Source: Eledone cirrhosa
Lineage: Eukaryota
Assembly (NCBI GenBank): GCA_964016885.1
Contig: OZ024743.1
Span: forward strand, 107,074,001 to 107,138,000
DNA length: 64,000 nt
Reading direction: 5' to 3'
This document shows positions 1-12,800 of the stretch, in pieces. Under the pieces are notes generated by a model. That model did not search any database, had not been told where the DNA came from, and worked only from the letters and a program-made list of their open reading frames with translations. The stretch's first letter is position 1; the number at the start of each line of letters is the position of its first letter. A program made the position numbers and the translations under genes.

Positions 1-810
1 TATGTATTCGGTGTCTTCTCTGATGCACCTCAGCGCGACTTCGACATCTGCTTGTGGGATTAAAGCCGCCCTTTTGGTTTGTGCTGAGATGCATCTATAA
101 TGCACCGTTCTGCGCTCCACTGCCTCAATAGCTTCTACCGGGACTGTTAACTTGGGCCAGATTTGCTCTTGCTTGATGAGCTTCCATGCATGGGCCAACT
201 TTTCCTCTTTGTTTGAGAGGTCCATGTTGAAGCATGGCCTCTTTTTTGCTGCTGACGCAGCGAAAGTGTTCTTCTTGTTGTCGTTGGGGTGTTGTTGTCG
301 TTGTCGTTGATCTTGTTGGTGTTGTTGTTATCACTGTCGCTGTTATCATTGTTGTCTTTGGTGCCACCGTTGTTCTCGGTGCAGTTGGTATTGTTGCTGT
401 TGGTGTTGTCGCTATTTGTTTTCATGTTAGTGGTGTTGATATTGTTGTTGCATTTGTCATTTTTTTTTGTTATCTGTATATTCGTTGTCGCTGTGACTGT
501 CATTTTTTTCAAAATTAGAGCTCTCATTGGTATCATTGGTGTCTTTGTTTACATTGTTTGTGGTGGTGTTTGTGTTATCAATTTCTGTTAATTTCACCGT
601 AGCGCTCCTCTCAACGTCTATGTCGTTATCGCACGACAGCAGACATATCGCTGGGGAGGGGGGGGGGGGGGCTCAGCCATGTTTTTTATTTTGTTTTTTT
701 TTCTCGATAATCTTTTAAAATGTAAAAAAGTTCAAATATTTGGGCAAAAAGGCCCAAATATTATTTTTTCCCCTTCACAGGGCAAAGTCCAACGGCTTGT
801 ATGCCTTACA
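1..810 (-). mobile_element. 5' part (5'UTR plus ORF1 N-terminus) of a Tx1-type LINE running off the window start
   Basis: The minus-strand translation near 1-135 (EAIEAVERRTVHYRCISAQTKRAALIPQADVEVALRCI) aligns by eye with ORF1 of the element at 8070-8738 (KENSLKTIIYRTISNKTRKPVQLTQTEIELALKDH). It has the same N/T-rich low-complexity leader. The 5' boundary is approximate. Confidence 0.6.
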
Positions 811-888
811 CAACAACAACAAATTCAATAAATCAGTTTCGATATGTAAATAGACGTCCGTTCAGACTCAATAATAATTATAATAATA

Positions 889-1035
889 ATTGTTTCTACT
901 TTAGGCACAAGGCCAGCAATTACCCAGTTCATTACTGGTACTTTATTTTATCGACCCCGTAAGGATGAAAGGCAAAGTTAACCTCGGCGGGATTTGAACT
1001 CATATCGTAAAGGGACGTAACTATGCTGGAAAGCA
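889..1035 (-). mobile_element. tRNA-derived SINE (5'-truncated copy)
   Basis: Reverse complement of the SINEs at 22218 and 47693: box B GAGTTCAAATC, central GCCTTTCATCCTTACGGGGTCGATAAAATAAAGTACCAG, and a (TTA)n tail. Confidence 0.85.
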
Positions 1036-1204
1036 AATAATAAATGTTCGCTCTACATGGCTGAATACAATAAATGTAATCTGATTTTTTCGAATATTAA
1101 TAATAATATTTGAATGGTTTGCAATTATGCAAACAGGCCTCATTTGTATAGCCATGTCAGTAGAATGAACCCCTCTTTCTTCCTCTTGTATTGGCATGTA
1201 AACA

Positions 1205-1254
1205 GAACTGCAGACACTAATGTTTCTGGGTATTACCCTTCATCAGTACAGTTC
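1205..1254 (-). ncRNA. Type I hammerhead ribozyme, intact core, GUC cleavage triplet
   Basis: Minus strand reads GAACUGUA-CUGAUGA-aGGGU aau ACCCa-GAAACA uuag UGUC-UGCAGUUC. This gives an 8-bp stem I, 4-bp stem II, 3-bp stem III and all core nucleotides. Confidence 0.85.
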
Positions 1255-1306
1255 ACTGTTCACCTGCCAGAGCTAGTGAAAATATATGATGTTTTCTAAA
1301 ATACGG

Positions 1307-1405
1307 CCTGGTTTGCATATTAGCAGACTAGCTGATCAATCAGATCTTCACATTAGCGGATCCACTGATCACCCAGATTTGTATATCAGCAGACTGGCCA
1401 GTCAG
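1307..1405. repeat. Three degenerate ~33-bp tandem repeats
   Basis: cctggtttgcatattagcagactagctgatcaa / tcagatcttcacattagcggatccactgatcac / ccagatttgtatatcagcagactggccagtcag. Confidence 0.6.
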
Positions 1406-2306
1406 TTTCCTATATATGAGCGATCAATGGCTGCTTTTCCATATAAAAAAAACAAAAAACATTTATTATATATATATATATGATGAAGCATAGGTAAATA
1501 AATTATTTATGGTTTATAGATTCAGGGTATTTGTGTTTTTGCAATTCAGCACATATTTATATTTTTCCCCACACATTATGGGTATATCTGAGTCTGTGAA
1601 TATACTTGAGCGAATGAAAATGTATGTGATAGTGGATGTATCAAATATTGTATGTATCTGATAGTGTCTCCATTAATTAGTTCTTATTTGGGGAGTCGAA
1701 TATTATACTACCCAAATCTAGTTTATTTAATGCTGGGAAACTATTTCTGGGGTCAAGTTTATACTGATTATCTCCCATAGACGTTTTTTTCCACTGTTTC
1801 TTTTTTAAGTGAAGGTGTCAGCATCTAATAACCTAAAAATATCAAAACTCCAAAAAATCTTATTCGGTCCGTATAGTCTTGATTCTTAAGATGAGGAAAT
1901 TAGTAACATATCCCATGATAAACAAAGTTTTTCAGTGAGAAAACTTCACCATTGTTTTTTTTTTTTGTTCTCTGATGAGTTTGAGCTGTGATTGTATTAG
2001 CATATCTACTCTATGGATGGACGATGTGAAAACATTTCTGATACAGCATTTGAATAATTAATTCGAGGTCACATCGAAAAAATTGTAAGAGAATAAGCCA
2101 ATCTTTGATGAAAGATGATTCATTTTTACATTAATACTTTTGTATATGCTCTGCCTTTTTACATTCCCACGCTATAATCTGTTCTGTTCTAAACTTTTAT
2201 ATATATCATAGAAAGCATTTACATATTCGTTTCTCTGAAAAGCTGGCAATTACATTCTATAACTTTAATTATCTACCCTATCTCCTTTGAGAATATAATT
2301 CTAACT

Positions 2307-2353
<47 letters not shown>

Positions 2354-3448
2354 CTTTTCATGCCACAAAAACTAGTGATTGGCCTGTTATCTATCCTCGG
2401 AGGCGTGCGATGGACGCACAACAGTTGCGTATCCTGAGACCCCAAAGTGAGTCCGGAAGGCAACAAACTGTAACAGTTAGAACCTATATATATTTAACAT
2501 TATTTAATAAATTGAAATGTGCAAATGTAGAATCGTGTCACATATCTAATAACATACCATTAATCCGCCGGATAACTCTCTCCGTGATAACAGATCGTAA
2601 AAGTTTACAGCTGATCTAGTGTCCATAATACTGATTACACAAACGTTCATTGATTGCGCTGATAAAATGCCAAATGGACTATCAACTAACGTATATGTTG
2701 TAACAACTGTACATAAATATATATATAGAGATATGTGTATTAAGGTTTCTGATTTTACCTACGTTTACCTGACTACTAGACTTTGTACCTGTCGTTCGTA
2801 TTTGGAGTTACTGTCCAATTTTAACGAGATTTCTTTGGGTGTGTTGCCTTCATCACACTAAATTGTGTACTGTGTGTTGTGGATGTTTTCTGTCATACCC
2901 TATGTTCTTTACTTTTGCATATTAAATAATGGGTGTGAGAACTCTTCAACTGTTTGAAAGAACATACAACATTTTTAGTGTGAACTCTGTATATTGTGAA
3001 ACAGTGTAGGTGTGAGGCAGCCCCAACCCAGTTCAGTGACCTACAGTTCTCATTAATTAATGCGTACGTCTACGACATCCCTTCCAATCGATGCGCGCAG
3101 AGAATACGGACTTTAAATTTTAATGATGATGATGACACTTAAATACTTTTCCTTACTTTAACTCTGTTCATTTACCGAGTTATTTTCAGTGGAAACACTC
3201 TACATTTCACCATGGCGTCATCACTAGAGAATTAAGTTTATTTCTTGAGAGAATGAAGAAACATTTATAATGTAGGTTGTGCCTGTTCGCTCAACATCAA
3301 AATGACAGATATTTGTTTCAACAAAAGTGTGACAGACAGTTTTGCGTCGGGTTTTGTTTTGGAGATTAAATATCAAAATATAATAAGTGTGACAGTTTAA
3401 AAGGGGTAACCAGAGTGATGGAATAGAATTAGCTATGATAAAGAGTTA

Positions 3449-3467
3449 CGATAGATAGATAAGTAGT

Positions 3468-3517
<50 letters not shown>
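3449..3517. repeat. (GATA)n microsatellite abutting the 3' end of Tx1 element A
   Basis: Direct reading of the sequence. Confidence 0.95.
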
Positions 3518-3744
3518 CGTTTCTATTTATTTGCCACGAGGGCACAAAAAAAGGGGACAAATACAAGGGGGAGTTTACATAAAGGAACGAGTAAAAAAAT
3601 CAAATAACAAATATAAAATTAACAATACACTCCTCAATAGAGAGGAGGCGTTTTGGGGGTTACACACACCCTCGAAAAAGTGTTTAATCCTTTTCCTTGG
3701 GAGCACAGAGAGGGGTTGCTCCTTTGCACTTCCACCTTTCCACC

Positions 3745-6700
3745 TACAGGCTGAAAAAGAGAGAAGGCCCATTATCATGGGCCATTCTCGCTACTTTCAC
3801 CCACCTTTCATAAAACTTGCTGGGGTAGAGCACCTCTCTCTCCGCATTCTGACCCTTCTCTTAAAACGGTATTTAAAGAAAAGGACCAGTTGTTGGCCAG
3901 AGAGAAAGGTGTCCGACTTCAGCCCTTTCAAACGTGTCCACCATACCACATCTTTAACCATGGCTATTACACAGAGTAAGACCGCCTATCCTTCATGTTT
4001 GAAGCGGGGAGGCGGCTTGATCGTTACAATGGACTCTGGTCAACCTGATTGGTCCCACTCGTGACAGCAGTCGTTCGACATAGCCCCACAGAGGGCAACG
4101 CCCGAGCAGTGTACCAATGCGTGCGCAACGGTTTCCTCGTCGCGGACGTATCTGGGACAGATTTTTTTCGAAAGGTCCCTACCCGGGCGCCCGTGTCTGT
4201 AGAGCTTTTCTCGAACGAGCAGCGCCCCTCGGTAGCACTGCCAGGCCGGGACTTCTGGAAGTTGTCCATAGGTCCCGGGCCAAATGTCCTCCGGAATAGG
4301 CTGGCCAGTTCGTCTTCCTTCATGCCTAGTGCTTGTCCGAGGGCGTCGTCGCACCTACTAACCACCAGCCCTCTATAGAATGATGAGGTGGAGTCTCCAC
4401 CGATAGCCGGGTCCGCCTGCCAGAGAGCCGTGAGCGCCTGGGCACACTCGGTGTGCCAGGCGCCCAGTTTTCTCGGTCTTTGCTTGACCCAGGACTGCAG
4501 CTCGGTGAGCGAGACGAGTCTCGGAAAGGCTCGCCTCACAAATGGGGCCCATACCGGTTGACAGGTGAGAAATACCTGGAGGTGCCGGAGCCTTAATGCG
4601 TGTTTACGCATCAACAGCCACGGCATCCTCAGCCCTCCTTTTGAAGGGTGTTAACAGCAGATGGATCTCCGCACCAAAGGAGCCCGCTTCTTCCAAAGGA
4701 ATTGGAAGAGTGCGTGCTCCATTTTGGTGAGCGTTTCCTTTGGGCAAGGCACGACGGTCATGCGGTAATAGATGACGGACGCTATATAAGCGTTCGCCAC
4801 CTCTGCTCGACCTTTCAGGAATACTTTGCACTCAGCCCACTAACGCGTCAGCGCAAACACCCTGTTCGATACCTCACCCAAGTTCTTCTCCACCTGGAGG
4901 TCTAGCCCGAACCAAATCCCGAGCAACTTCACCGGGCCCTCCGTCCAACGTCCGACGATGCCATTGGAGGCCATCGGTTTGCCCCTCCACTCGCCGAGTT
5001 GCAAACCGACTAACTTGTCCCGGTTCAGCTTAGCCCCTGTAAACGTTTCGTATTCCTCCAGTGAGGTGCCGATCACTCCGATTTCCGAGGCGGTTGACAC
5101 CATTACTGTCACGTCATCGGCGGAGGCCGACACCGCTTTCCCCAATCCCGGTTCCAAAGGGATGCCCTGTAACAACTCCACCTTCCGCAGCAGTGGGTCT
5201 AGGGCCAATACATACAGAAGGGAGGCGAGAGGGCATCCCTGTCGGATGGACGGCGTGATTTCGAACGGCTCCGAGAGGTAGCCGTTCACCTTGACCCTAG
5301 AGCAGATGCGGCTGCTGTGCATGGCAGTGATCCAGCACCTGAAAACGGGTCCGAAACCTGCCGCCACTAGCACCGCATTCGGGTAACGATGGTCGACCAT
5401 ATCGAACGCTTTATATTGATCCAAGTTGATCAGGGCCCCACCAAAGCCGGGTTCGTTCCCAACCCTCTCTATGATGTATCGCATGAGATGGAGGTTGTCG
5501 TGAATGGACCTGGACGGGATGGCGCATGTCTGCGCATCTCGCACCAGGTTGCCCACGACAAGCGCCAACCTCTTTGCTAACACCTTGGCCAAAATCTTTA
5601 ATTCTGCATTTAGCAGTGTTATGGGCCTAGAATTACTTATTTCATCCCCTTGTTCTCGTCCTTCCTCACTAGCGAGACTACGCCTTTGGTCACAGAACAT
5701 GGAATTCTCCCGTTCTGTTGCCAGTTGCAGTAGACCGCTTCGAGGAGATCGAAGAACAAGTCCAGCATACTTAAATACAATTCGTATGGAAGACCATCGA
5801 AGCCCGGAGATTTGCGTCTGCCGCATTGGCTCAGCACGTCCCCTATTTCAGCAGCTGAGATCGGCCCCTCGCAGGAATTCGCCTCCTCGTCCTAAAGACG
5901 CGACAGGCCGTCGAGGTATGGACTAAGGTCCATATCCACATCCAGCCCCTCGTCCCTTCCGAAAAATCGGGCAAAGTGCTTTTGAAAGGCCTCGCACATC
6001 TGCTTAGGTTCAAGGATCACCCGTCCATCCTGGTCTCGTAACGACCGGATAGTGGATCTAGTCCCACTTTTGGCTTCTGTCACGCGAGCCCAGTTAACAG
6101 CTTTGGCTCCCTCGTTTCCCAGAGCAAGTATTTTGCTTCGGACAACGCAGCCTTCGTGTTTCGCGTCGAAGAACTGGCCCAAGGCCGTTCTCGACGCTAG
6201 CACTCTGGCTACGTCGCCACTTCTAATTGCCTCTTCTACACTATCTACCAACTCACTTTCCTTCCTATTTCTATCTGAGGCTAACTCCTTACTAACTCCT
6301 ATTGAAGCTACTCTAATCTCTCTTTTGAGAGAGCCCCACCACCTGCTGTTGACGATGGCGCCCGTCAACCGCTCCTTAACTAATGTACTAATCCGGTTCC
6401 TGTAAGCTTTACTTGCCGGTAAGGACAAGTTGAGTTACCAGTAACCGGGTTCCTGTCTATGCGTTCTATCAAAGTTGACCATGGAGGTCACTAACTTGTG
6501 GTCTGAATAGCCAACCATGAGCATTTTTGGACAATTTAAAAGTCCCTATCCTTATTTCTAACTAAGAACCTATCTAGGTACGATCTAGATTGACCGCCGT
6601 GGTTTCTCCAAGTCCAGGTTGGCACAGTCGGAAAATCTAGTCGATATCTATCGGCCAGGTCGAATCGGCCGATTAACCCCTTGAGGCTGTTACAACCCCC

Positions 6701-7170
6701 TCTATCAGGACATGCCCTTACATAGTCCCAACGTGCATCTAGGATACCATTCCAGTCCCCCACTAAAAGCAAGGAGCGGGACGTCCCTAGAAAAGTCTCC
6801 AGACGATGGAAGAAGTCCGGCCGCGTTGACCCAAAAGGGCCGTATACGGCGACCAGCCTAAAAGCTCCGCCTTCACCACTGCCAATGTACAGAACAACTA
6901 GTCGACCCTCCGGGTCCAAGTGTACCGTCTGTGTAGCGTGACCCAGATTTTTTTTGCAGCAGAACGACAAGCCCACTCCGACCTTGACAGAGAGATGCGT
7001 GCATCTCAAAATCATCAAAGATGGGGGCCAGCTGTCGCACGCTGCTGATCCGGGCCTCGCAAATAACCATCACATTTATACATCGTGACCTGAGGTCATT
7101 TAGAAGCATTGCTTGCTTCCAAGGTGAGCCCAGGCCACGCGTTTAGAAAACCTATTCTCAACACAGCCAT
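3745..7170 (-). pseudogene. Tx1 ORF2 (APE endonuclease, reverse transcriptase, CCHC finger), frameshifted
   Basis: APE motifs LVGDWNG and SYLDRFLV. RT motifs RKSPGFDGLPYELY, RPITLLNAELKILAKVLAKRL, LDQYKAFDMVDH and IRQGCPLASLLYVLALDP. YADD is degraded to SADD. C-terminal CPRY..ETVAHALVHC. Confidence 0.92.
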
Positions 7171-7191
7171 GTTGGTGGTAAAGAGAAAGGC

Positions 7192-8738
7192 ACTAACCTC
7201 TCTGCGACCTAGGGACCGGGCGCACAATTTCCATGCGGGTGGGGGATGGGTTGTTGGGTGGAGTGGGGTGGAAGTGTAGGGGCATCAGTGTGTGGTGGGG
7301 TTGGGGTGTTTAGAGATGTGTGGGTGTCTGGGGGGGATTTTTTAGGAGGACACGGTTAATGGGTCTGACGCAGGGGGACCCCACGTCCTCTTTAAAAGTG
7401 TCTTTTAACATTTTGAAAATGACCATTGGGACTTTTATCATTTTTTAGATGGGGAAGCCCCGTTGCTTGTGCGAAATTCGAACCTTCGGTTTTTATTAAG
7501 TTGTTATTATAAATAACGTTTAACAATTTCTTGTTTTTTGTATTTAAGTAACTATATGCAAATTTTTCTTTCTGCGTGATGTTTTTTGTTTGCTGTTGTT
7601 GTGTGTTTTTTTGTGTTGATGTCTGTGTTATGTCTTGGAGAGGGGTTGGTTATATTTGTGTTGCTGTGATCTGTTTTCTTTTTTTTCTTTTAACTTTATG
7701 AAAGTGCCCCCCCCCCCTCGTCTGACGACGAAAGGGTGTCGTCTTCCGTATTCGAGGGGATGTGTTCATTTTCGGCTCGTGTTTGTGGTGTGGGTGTTAT
7801 TGTATTTGTTTTCTGTATGGGTGGGATTGTTTTCAGTTGTGCTTTAACTTGTGGTGTTAGTTGTTTTTGTGGTGGTGGTGGTGGAGGTTGTGTTGTTAGT
7901 GTTGTAGTTGTTGGTGTGGGCAAAATCGGTGTTTTTTATTTGCTTGGGAACAGGCAGCCCTCAGGTGACCTCTGCCACCACAGAGGTAACAAGCGGGTCG
8001 TCTACCCTCCACTGATGTGTAACTAGGCAAGCCCATCCAGCAATATGCGGTCGTTATCCTAGCAATTCGTTATGGCTGCATTTGCACCAGAACTTGCAGG
8101 TTAGTTCCACCGAACACGTTGCTGGAAGACTTACCTACCGAAATTACTGCATCCTCTTTCAAGTCGAGGAGGCCACACAGTACCGCCCAGAAATTAATAT
8201 CTGGATCGATACCGTGTATGGTCAATCTTTGTGTTTTTCTTCCCAAATAAGTGAGGAAGAAGGTAAATAAGGGGTACACAATTGGGGCCAGGGAATGTTT
8301 TTCGGCCGTCAATTTATCTTTCATTCGGATGGATAGACTACCGTAGAGTCTATCCTTCCGAATGAATACAATGTTTTTCAGATGATCTTTTAACGCCAGT
8401 TCAATCTCTGTCTGTGTGAGTTGTACTGGCTTACGGGTTTTGTTTGATATTGTCCTATAAATAATAGTTTTTAAGCTATTTTCTTTTTTTAGCTCTGGGG
8501 GAGAATTTAAAGAAAATAGACCATTCTCCTCCAAAGTTATATACTTCCGTGCATTTTCCATTTTCGAAATGTCAATGGGTTCGTACACGATAGTTTTTTT
8601 TTTATGCTTTGCGCGAACGTCATTTTGTTCGCCCCCTCTCTGCTTACATTTGTCGAAATGTGTTTTTTTTTGTTTTTTGTTGTTACAATTTTCAATTTTT
8701 GTTGTGTTTGTGTTATTTATGTTGGTGTATGCGTTCAC
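7192..8738 (-). pseudogene. Tx1 ORF1 (gag-like, zinc knuckle), frameshifted
   Basis: ORF 8070-8738 plus a CX2CX4HX4C knuckle (CYLCGGRGHLRAAC) near 7950-8000. The Pro/Thr-rich linker and C-terminal WKLC motif are shared with element B. Confidence 0.8.
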
Positions 8739-9295
8739 ATTTTTTTCCGGTTGTGGTTAGACTCCATTTTTTCAAAATGTTCACTGATATTTTCAGTATC
8801 CGAGAGACTTGTAGTTACAGCTACTCGTTCTCTTTCAGCTTTGCTATGGGCGTGGCGCCGTGAAAAGTCGAAACGGCATCCATTAATTTTGGCAATTTCT
8901 CCGAGTCAATTTTTTTCACATTTTTTTTATTAGGGTTAGGTTCCATTTTTTTCAATATTTCTAATAATTATTCTTTCAGTAGGGAGGTTTGTTGCCTCCG
9001 CTACCCGCTCTCCTTCAGTTTGTTTAGTGGGCGTATCATCGTTACCTGTGGTAATGGCTTCCATTAAGACTAGCGTAGAGGCAATTACAAGATTTTTAGG
9101 ATGAAAAATTTCACCCCAAAAGGGGTGAAATAAATTAACCCTAATGTCCGAAGACCCAGGCAAGGGGGTTAATTAACACTATAACGCAAGAATACAGACA
9201 AACACTTACTGTTAACACGTAATATCTCCAATACTTGAGGAGCCGATTTGAAGAGCATCTATGCCATCATGAGATAGATAGATAGATAGATAGAT

Positions 9296-9660
9296 TTCTT
9301 TATTTGCCACAGAGGCGTATAATAATGGGACATTACAAGACGTGATGGCGGGGATTTTACATAAAATATTTAAAAATAATGAATAACAATAAAGTATATA
9401 TAAAATAAAACAATCGAAGTCCCCAATAGGGGTGAACATTACTGCGGGGTTGTTTTACACCCCGTGGGTAGAAGAACCCTCAACACCAAGAACACGTTTT
9501 GTGGGTGTTCCCGTCTTCCTTCTGTTTGTCTTCCTCAAACTACAGGTTTATATACAGAAAAGGCCCATTCACTCGGGCCATTTTCGCCACATTCACCCAC
9601 CTTTTCAGTGAATTTATTGGGGTGTAGCACCTCTCTCTCCACTTTCACCGTTTCATGAAC
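9296..9660 (-). mobile_element. 3'-terminal fragment of a further Tx1 family member
   Basis: Homologous to the 3' ends of A and B (..KVEREVLHP..F.EKV; GTGGCAAATAAAGAAA terminus). It is followed by (TATC)n at 9272-9295. Confidence 0.8.
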
Positions 9661-9885
9661 TATTTCGCATAAAGGCGTAGAATATTTTGAGAAACTGACC
9701 TGATCAAATTTGACCTGGCAGTCCCTCTACAAATTGGTATAATAATGAAGGTTCACAGTCAAGAATTTCTATAGAAATTTAAGCAGAACTTACCCAGCAA
9801 GTTTAACGCGTGTGTCCATCCCAGAGATAGATAGATATAGATGGATGGATAGATAGATAGATAAATAGACACATGGATACATAGA

Positions 9886-12800
9886 TTAATTTCTTTATTA
9901 GCCACAAGGGCACAAAAGAAGGGGACAAATAAAAATGGGGAGTTTACATACAGGTATATGAAAATAAAATTATTGATAAAATAACAAATAACAATTGAAA
10001 TCCCCAATAGGGGGGAGGCGTTACACAAGGGTTGTACACACCCCGGAAAAATGTACAACCCTCATCTCCAGGAGCATCAAGAATGAGTACTCTCTTCCTG
10101 TCTTCCTCTTTTTCCTCAACCTACAGGCTTATATGGAGAGAAGGCCCAACCACTCGGGCCATCTTTTCCACATTCACCCTCCTTTTATAAAAATTTGCTG
10201 GGGTACAGCACCTCTCTCTCCATCCTGATTCTTCTTCCAAAATGATATTTGAAAAAAGGAATCAGTTGCTCGCCGGAGAGAAAGGTGTTTGACCTCAGCC
10301 CTTTTAACCCCTCTTTCACCATAGCCATAACACATAGGAAAACCGCCTCTCCCTCGTTTTTGAAGGATGGTAGCGGTTTGATCATGACAATGGACTCGGT
10401 GCTGATTGTCCCACCAGCGACAATAGTCGTTCTACATAGCCACACAGGTCGGTAACGCCCGGGCAGTGTACAAATGCGTGGGCGACGGTTTCCCCGTTGC
10501 ACACGCATCTCGGATAGATCTTTTTCGAAGAGTCCCTGCCCGGGCGCCCGTGTCTGTAGAGCTTGTCTCGAACTGGTAGAGCTCCTCGGTAGCACTGCCA
10601 GGCCAGGGACATTTGGAAGTTGTCCATTGGTCCCGCGCGGAAGGTCCTACCGAACAGACTGGCCAGTTCGTCCTCCTCTACGCCTAGAGTTTCTCCGAGC
10701 ACGTCGTCGCACTTGCTGCGGACCAACCCTCTATAGAATGTTGAAGTGGAGTCTCCACTGATCGCCGGGTCCGTTTGCCCGAGGACTGTGAGCGCCTGAG
10801 AACATTCGATGTGCCAGTCGCCCATTTTCCTCGGTCTTTGCATGACCCAGGACTGCAGCTCAGTCAGCGAGACGAGACGTGGGAAGGCTCGCCTCACAAA
10901 CGGGGCCCACACCGGTTGTCCGGTTGGCAGCAAATCTTCTCACCAAAGGAGCCCGTTTCTTCCAAAGGAATTGGAAGAGCGCGCGCTCCATTTTGTTGAG
11001 CATTTTGGCTGGACAAGGCACGACGGTCAAGCGGTAGTAGATGACGGACGCTATAAAAATGTTCGCCACCTTCGTTCGACCTTTCAAGGATAGTTGCACT
11101 CGGCCCACTTCTGGGTGAGCGCAAACACCTTGGTCGTCACCTCGTTCCAGTTCTTCTTCACCTGGAGGTCCGGACGAAACCAGACCCCGAGCAGCTTCAC
11201 CGGTCCTTCCGTCCAGCGTCCGATGACGCCATCGGAAGGCATCGTTTTGCCTCTCCACGTTCCGAGTTGCAAACCGACGGATTTATCCCGGTTCAGCTTC
11301 GCTCCTGTGAACCTTTCGTATTCCTCCAGTAATGTGCCGACCTCCCCGATTTGCGAGGTGCTCGACCCCATTACTGTCACGTCGCTTTTCGCAGTCCCGG
11401 TTCCAAAGGGATGCCCTTCAATAGCTCTAACTTCCGCAGTAGTGGCTCGAGAGTCAGTACGTACAGAAATAGTGGAGAGAGGGCATACCTGTCGGATGGA
11501 TCGCGTGATATGGAACGGCTCCGAGAGGTAGCCGTTCACCTTTACCCTTGAGCAGATGTTGCTGCTGTGCATTGCAGCATTCCATCCCCTGAACAAGGGT
11601 CCGAAGCCTACCGCCTCGAGCACCGCATTCGGGTAACGATGGTCAACCCTATCAACCCAGCCTTAGACTGTTCCAAGTTGATCAGGGCCCCATCAAAGCC
11701 GGGTTTACACCCTACCCTCTCTATGATGTATCGCATGAGGTGGAGGTTTTCGTGTATGGACCTGGTCGGGATTGCGCATGTCTGCACTTCTCCCACCACG
11801 TTTTCGACGACAAGCGCCAGCCTCTTTGCCAACACCTTGGCCAAAATCTCTAACTCTGTGTTTAGCAGAGTTATGGGCCAGAAGTTGCCTATGTCATCCC
11901 CCTTATTGTCGTCCTTCCTGACTAACGTGACTACGCCCTTGGTACAATAAATGGGAATTCTCCCGTTATGTACCAGTTGCAGTAGACCGCTTCCAGGAGA
12001 CCGGAGAACAAGTCCGGCATTGCTATGTAAAATTCGTAGGGTTGACCGCCGAGACCTGGAGATTTGCGTTTGGCGCATTGGCTCAACGCGTCTCCTATCT
12101 CAGCCGCCGAAATCGGCCTTTCGAAAAACTTCGCCTCGCTGTCCGAGAGTCGTGGTAGGCCCTCGAGATATGGACCGAAATCCATAATCCCTGCCGGTGC
12201 GCTGCCCTGCCCGAACAGTTGTGAAAAGTGCCGCTGAAAGGTCGCGCACATTAGCTTCGGCTCACGTATCACGCGCCGTCTCTGTTCTTCAAAGACCGAA
12301 TCGTGGACTTGCTGCTACTTTTCGCCTCCGCCACTCAGGCCCAGCTAACAGCTTTGGCTCCCTCGTTTCCCAGAGCACGTATTTTTCTTCTTACAACGCA
12401 GCCTTCATGCTTTGCGTCGAAGAACTGGTCCAAGGCCGTTCTCGTCGCTAGCACGCTGGCTACGTTGCCACTCCTAAGTGCCTCTTCTACGTTATCTACC
12501 AGTTCCTTTTCGGTTTTAGTTCTATCTAACACTAATTCTTTACTAAAACCTATCGAGTCTAATATAACTGCCCTCTTGAGAGATTACCACCATCTGTTGT
12601 TGACAATGGCCGCCGTCAAGTGATGCTTAACTAAAGTGCTAATCCGTCTTCTGTAGGCGTTGCATGTCGGTAACGACAAGTTCAGCTTCCAGTAGCCGGG
12701 TCCCTGTCTATGTCTTTTGTCAAGGTTGACTAAGCAGGTCACTAATTTGTGATCTGAATAGGCAACCATGAACATTTGTGGACAGCTTAACATGTCCCTA

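Larger units (their letters stand above)
3518..9270 (-). mobile_element. Tx1-type non-LTR retrotransposon A, near full length, inactivated
   Basis: It has an ORF1 with a CCHC knuckle and an ORF2 with APE, RT and C-terminal zinc finger. The 3'UTR has AATAAA followed by (TATC)n. There are multiple frameshifts. The 5' boundary is approximate. Confidence 0.9.

Noticed and set aside
1972-2035. CTGATGAG...GAAAAC, and similar lone CTGATGA at 33712, 39125 and 41363
   Set aside because: No compatible stems I-III.
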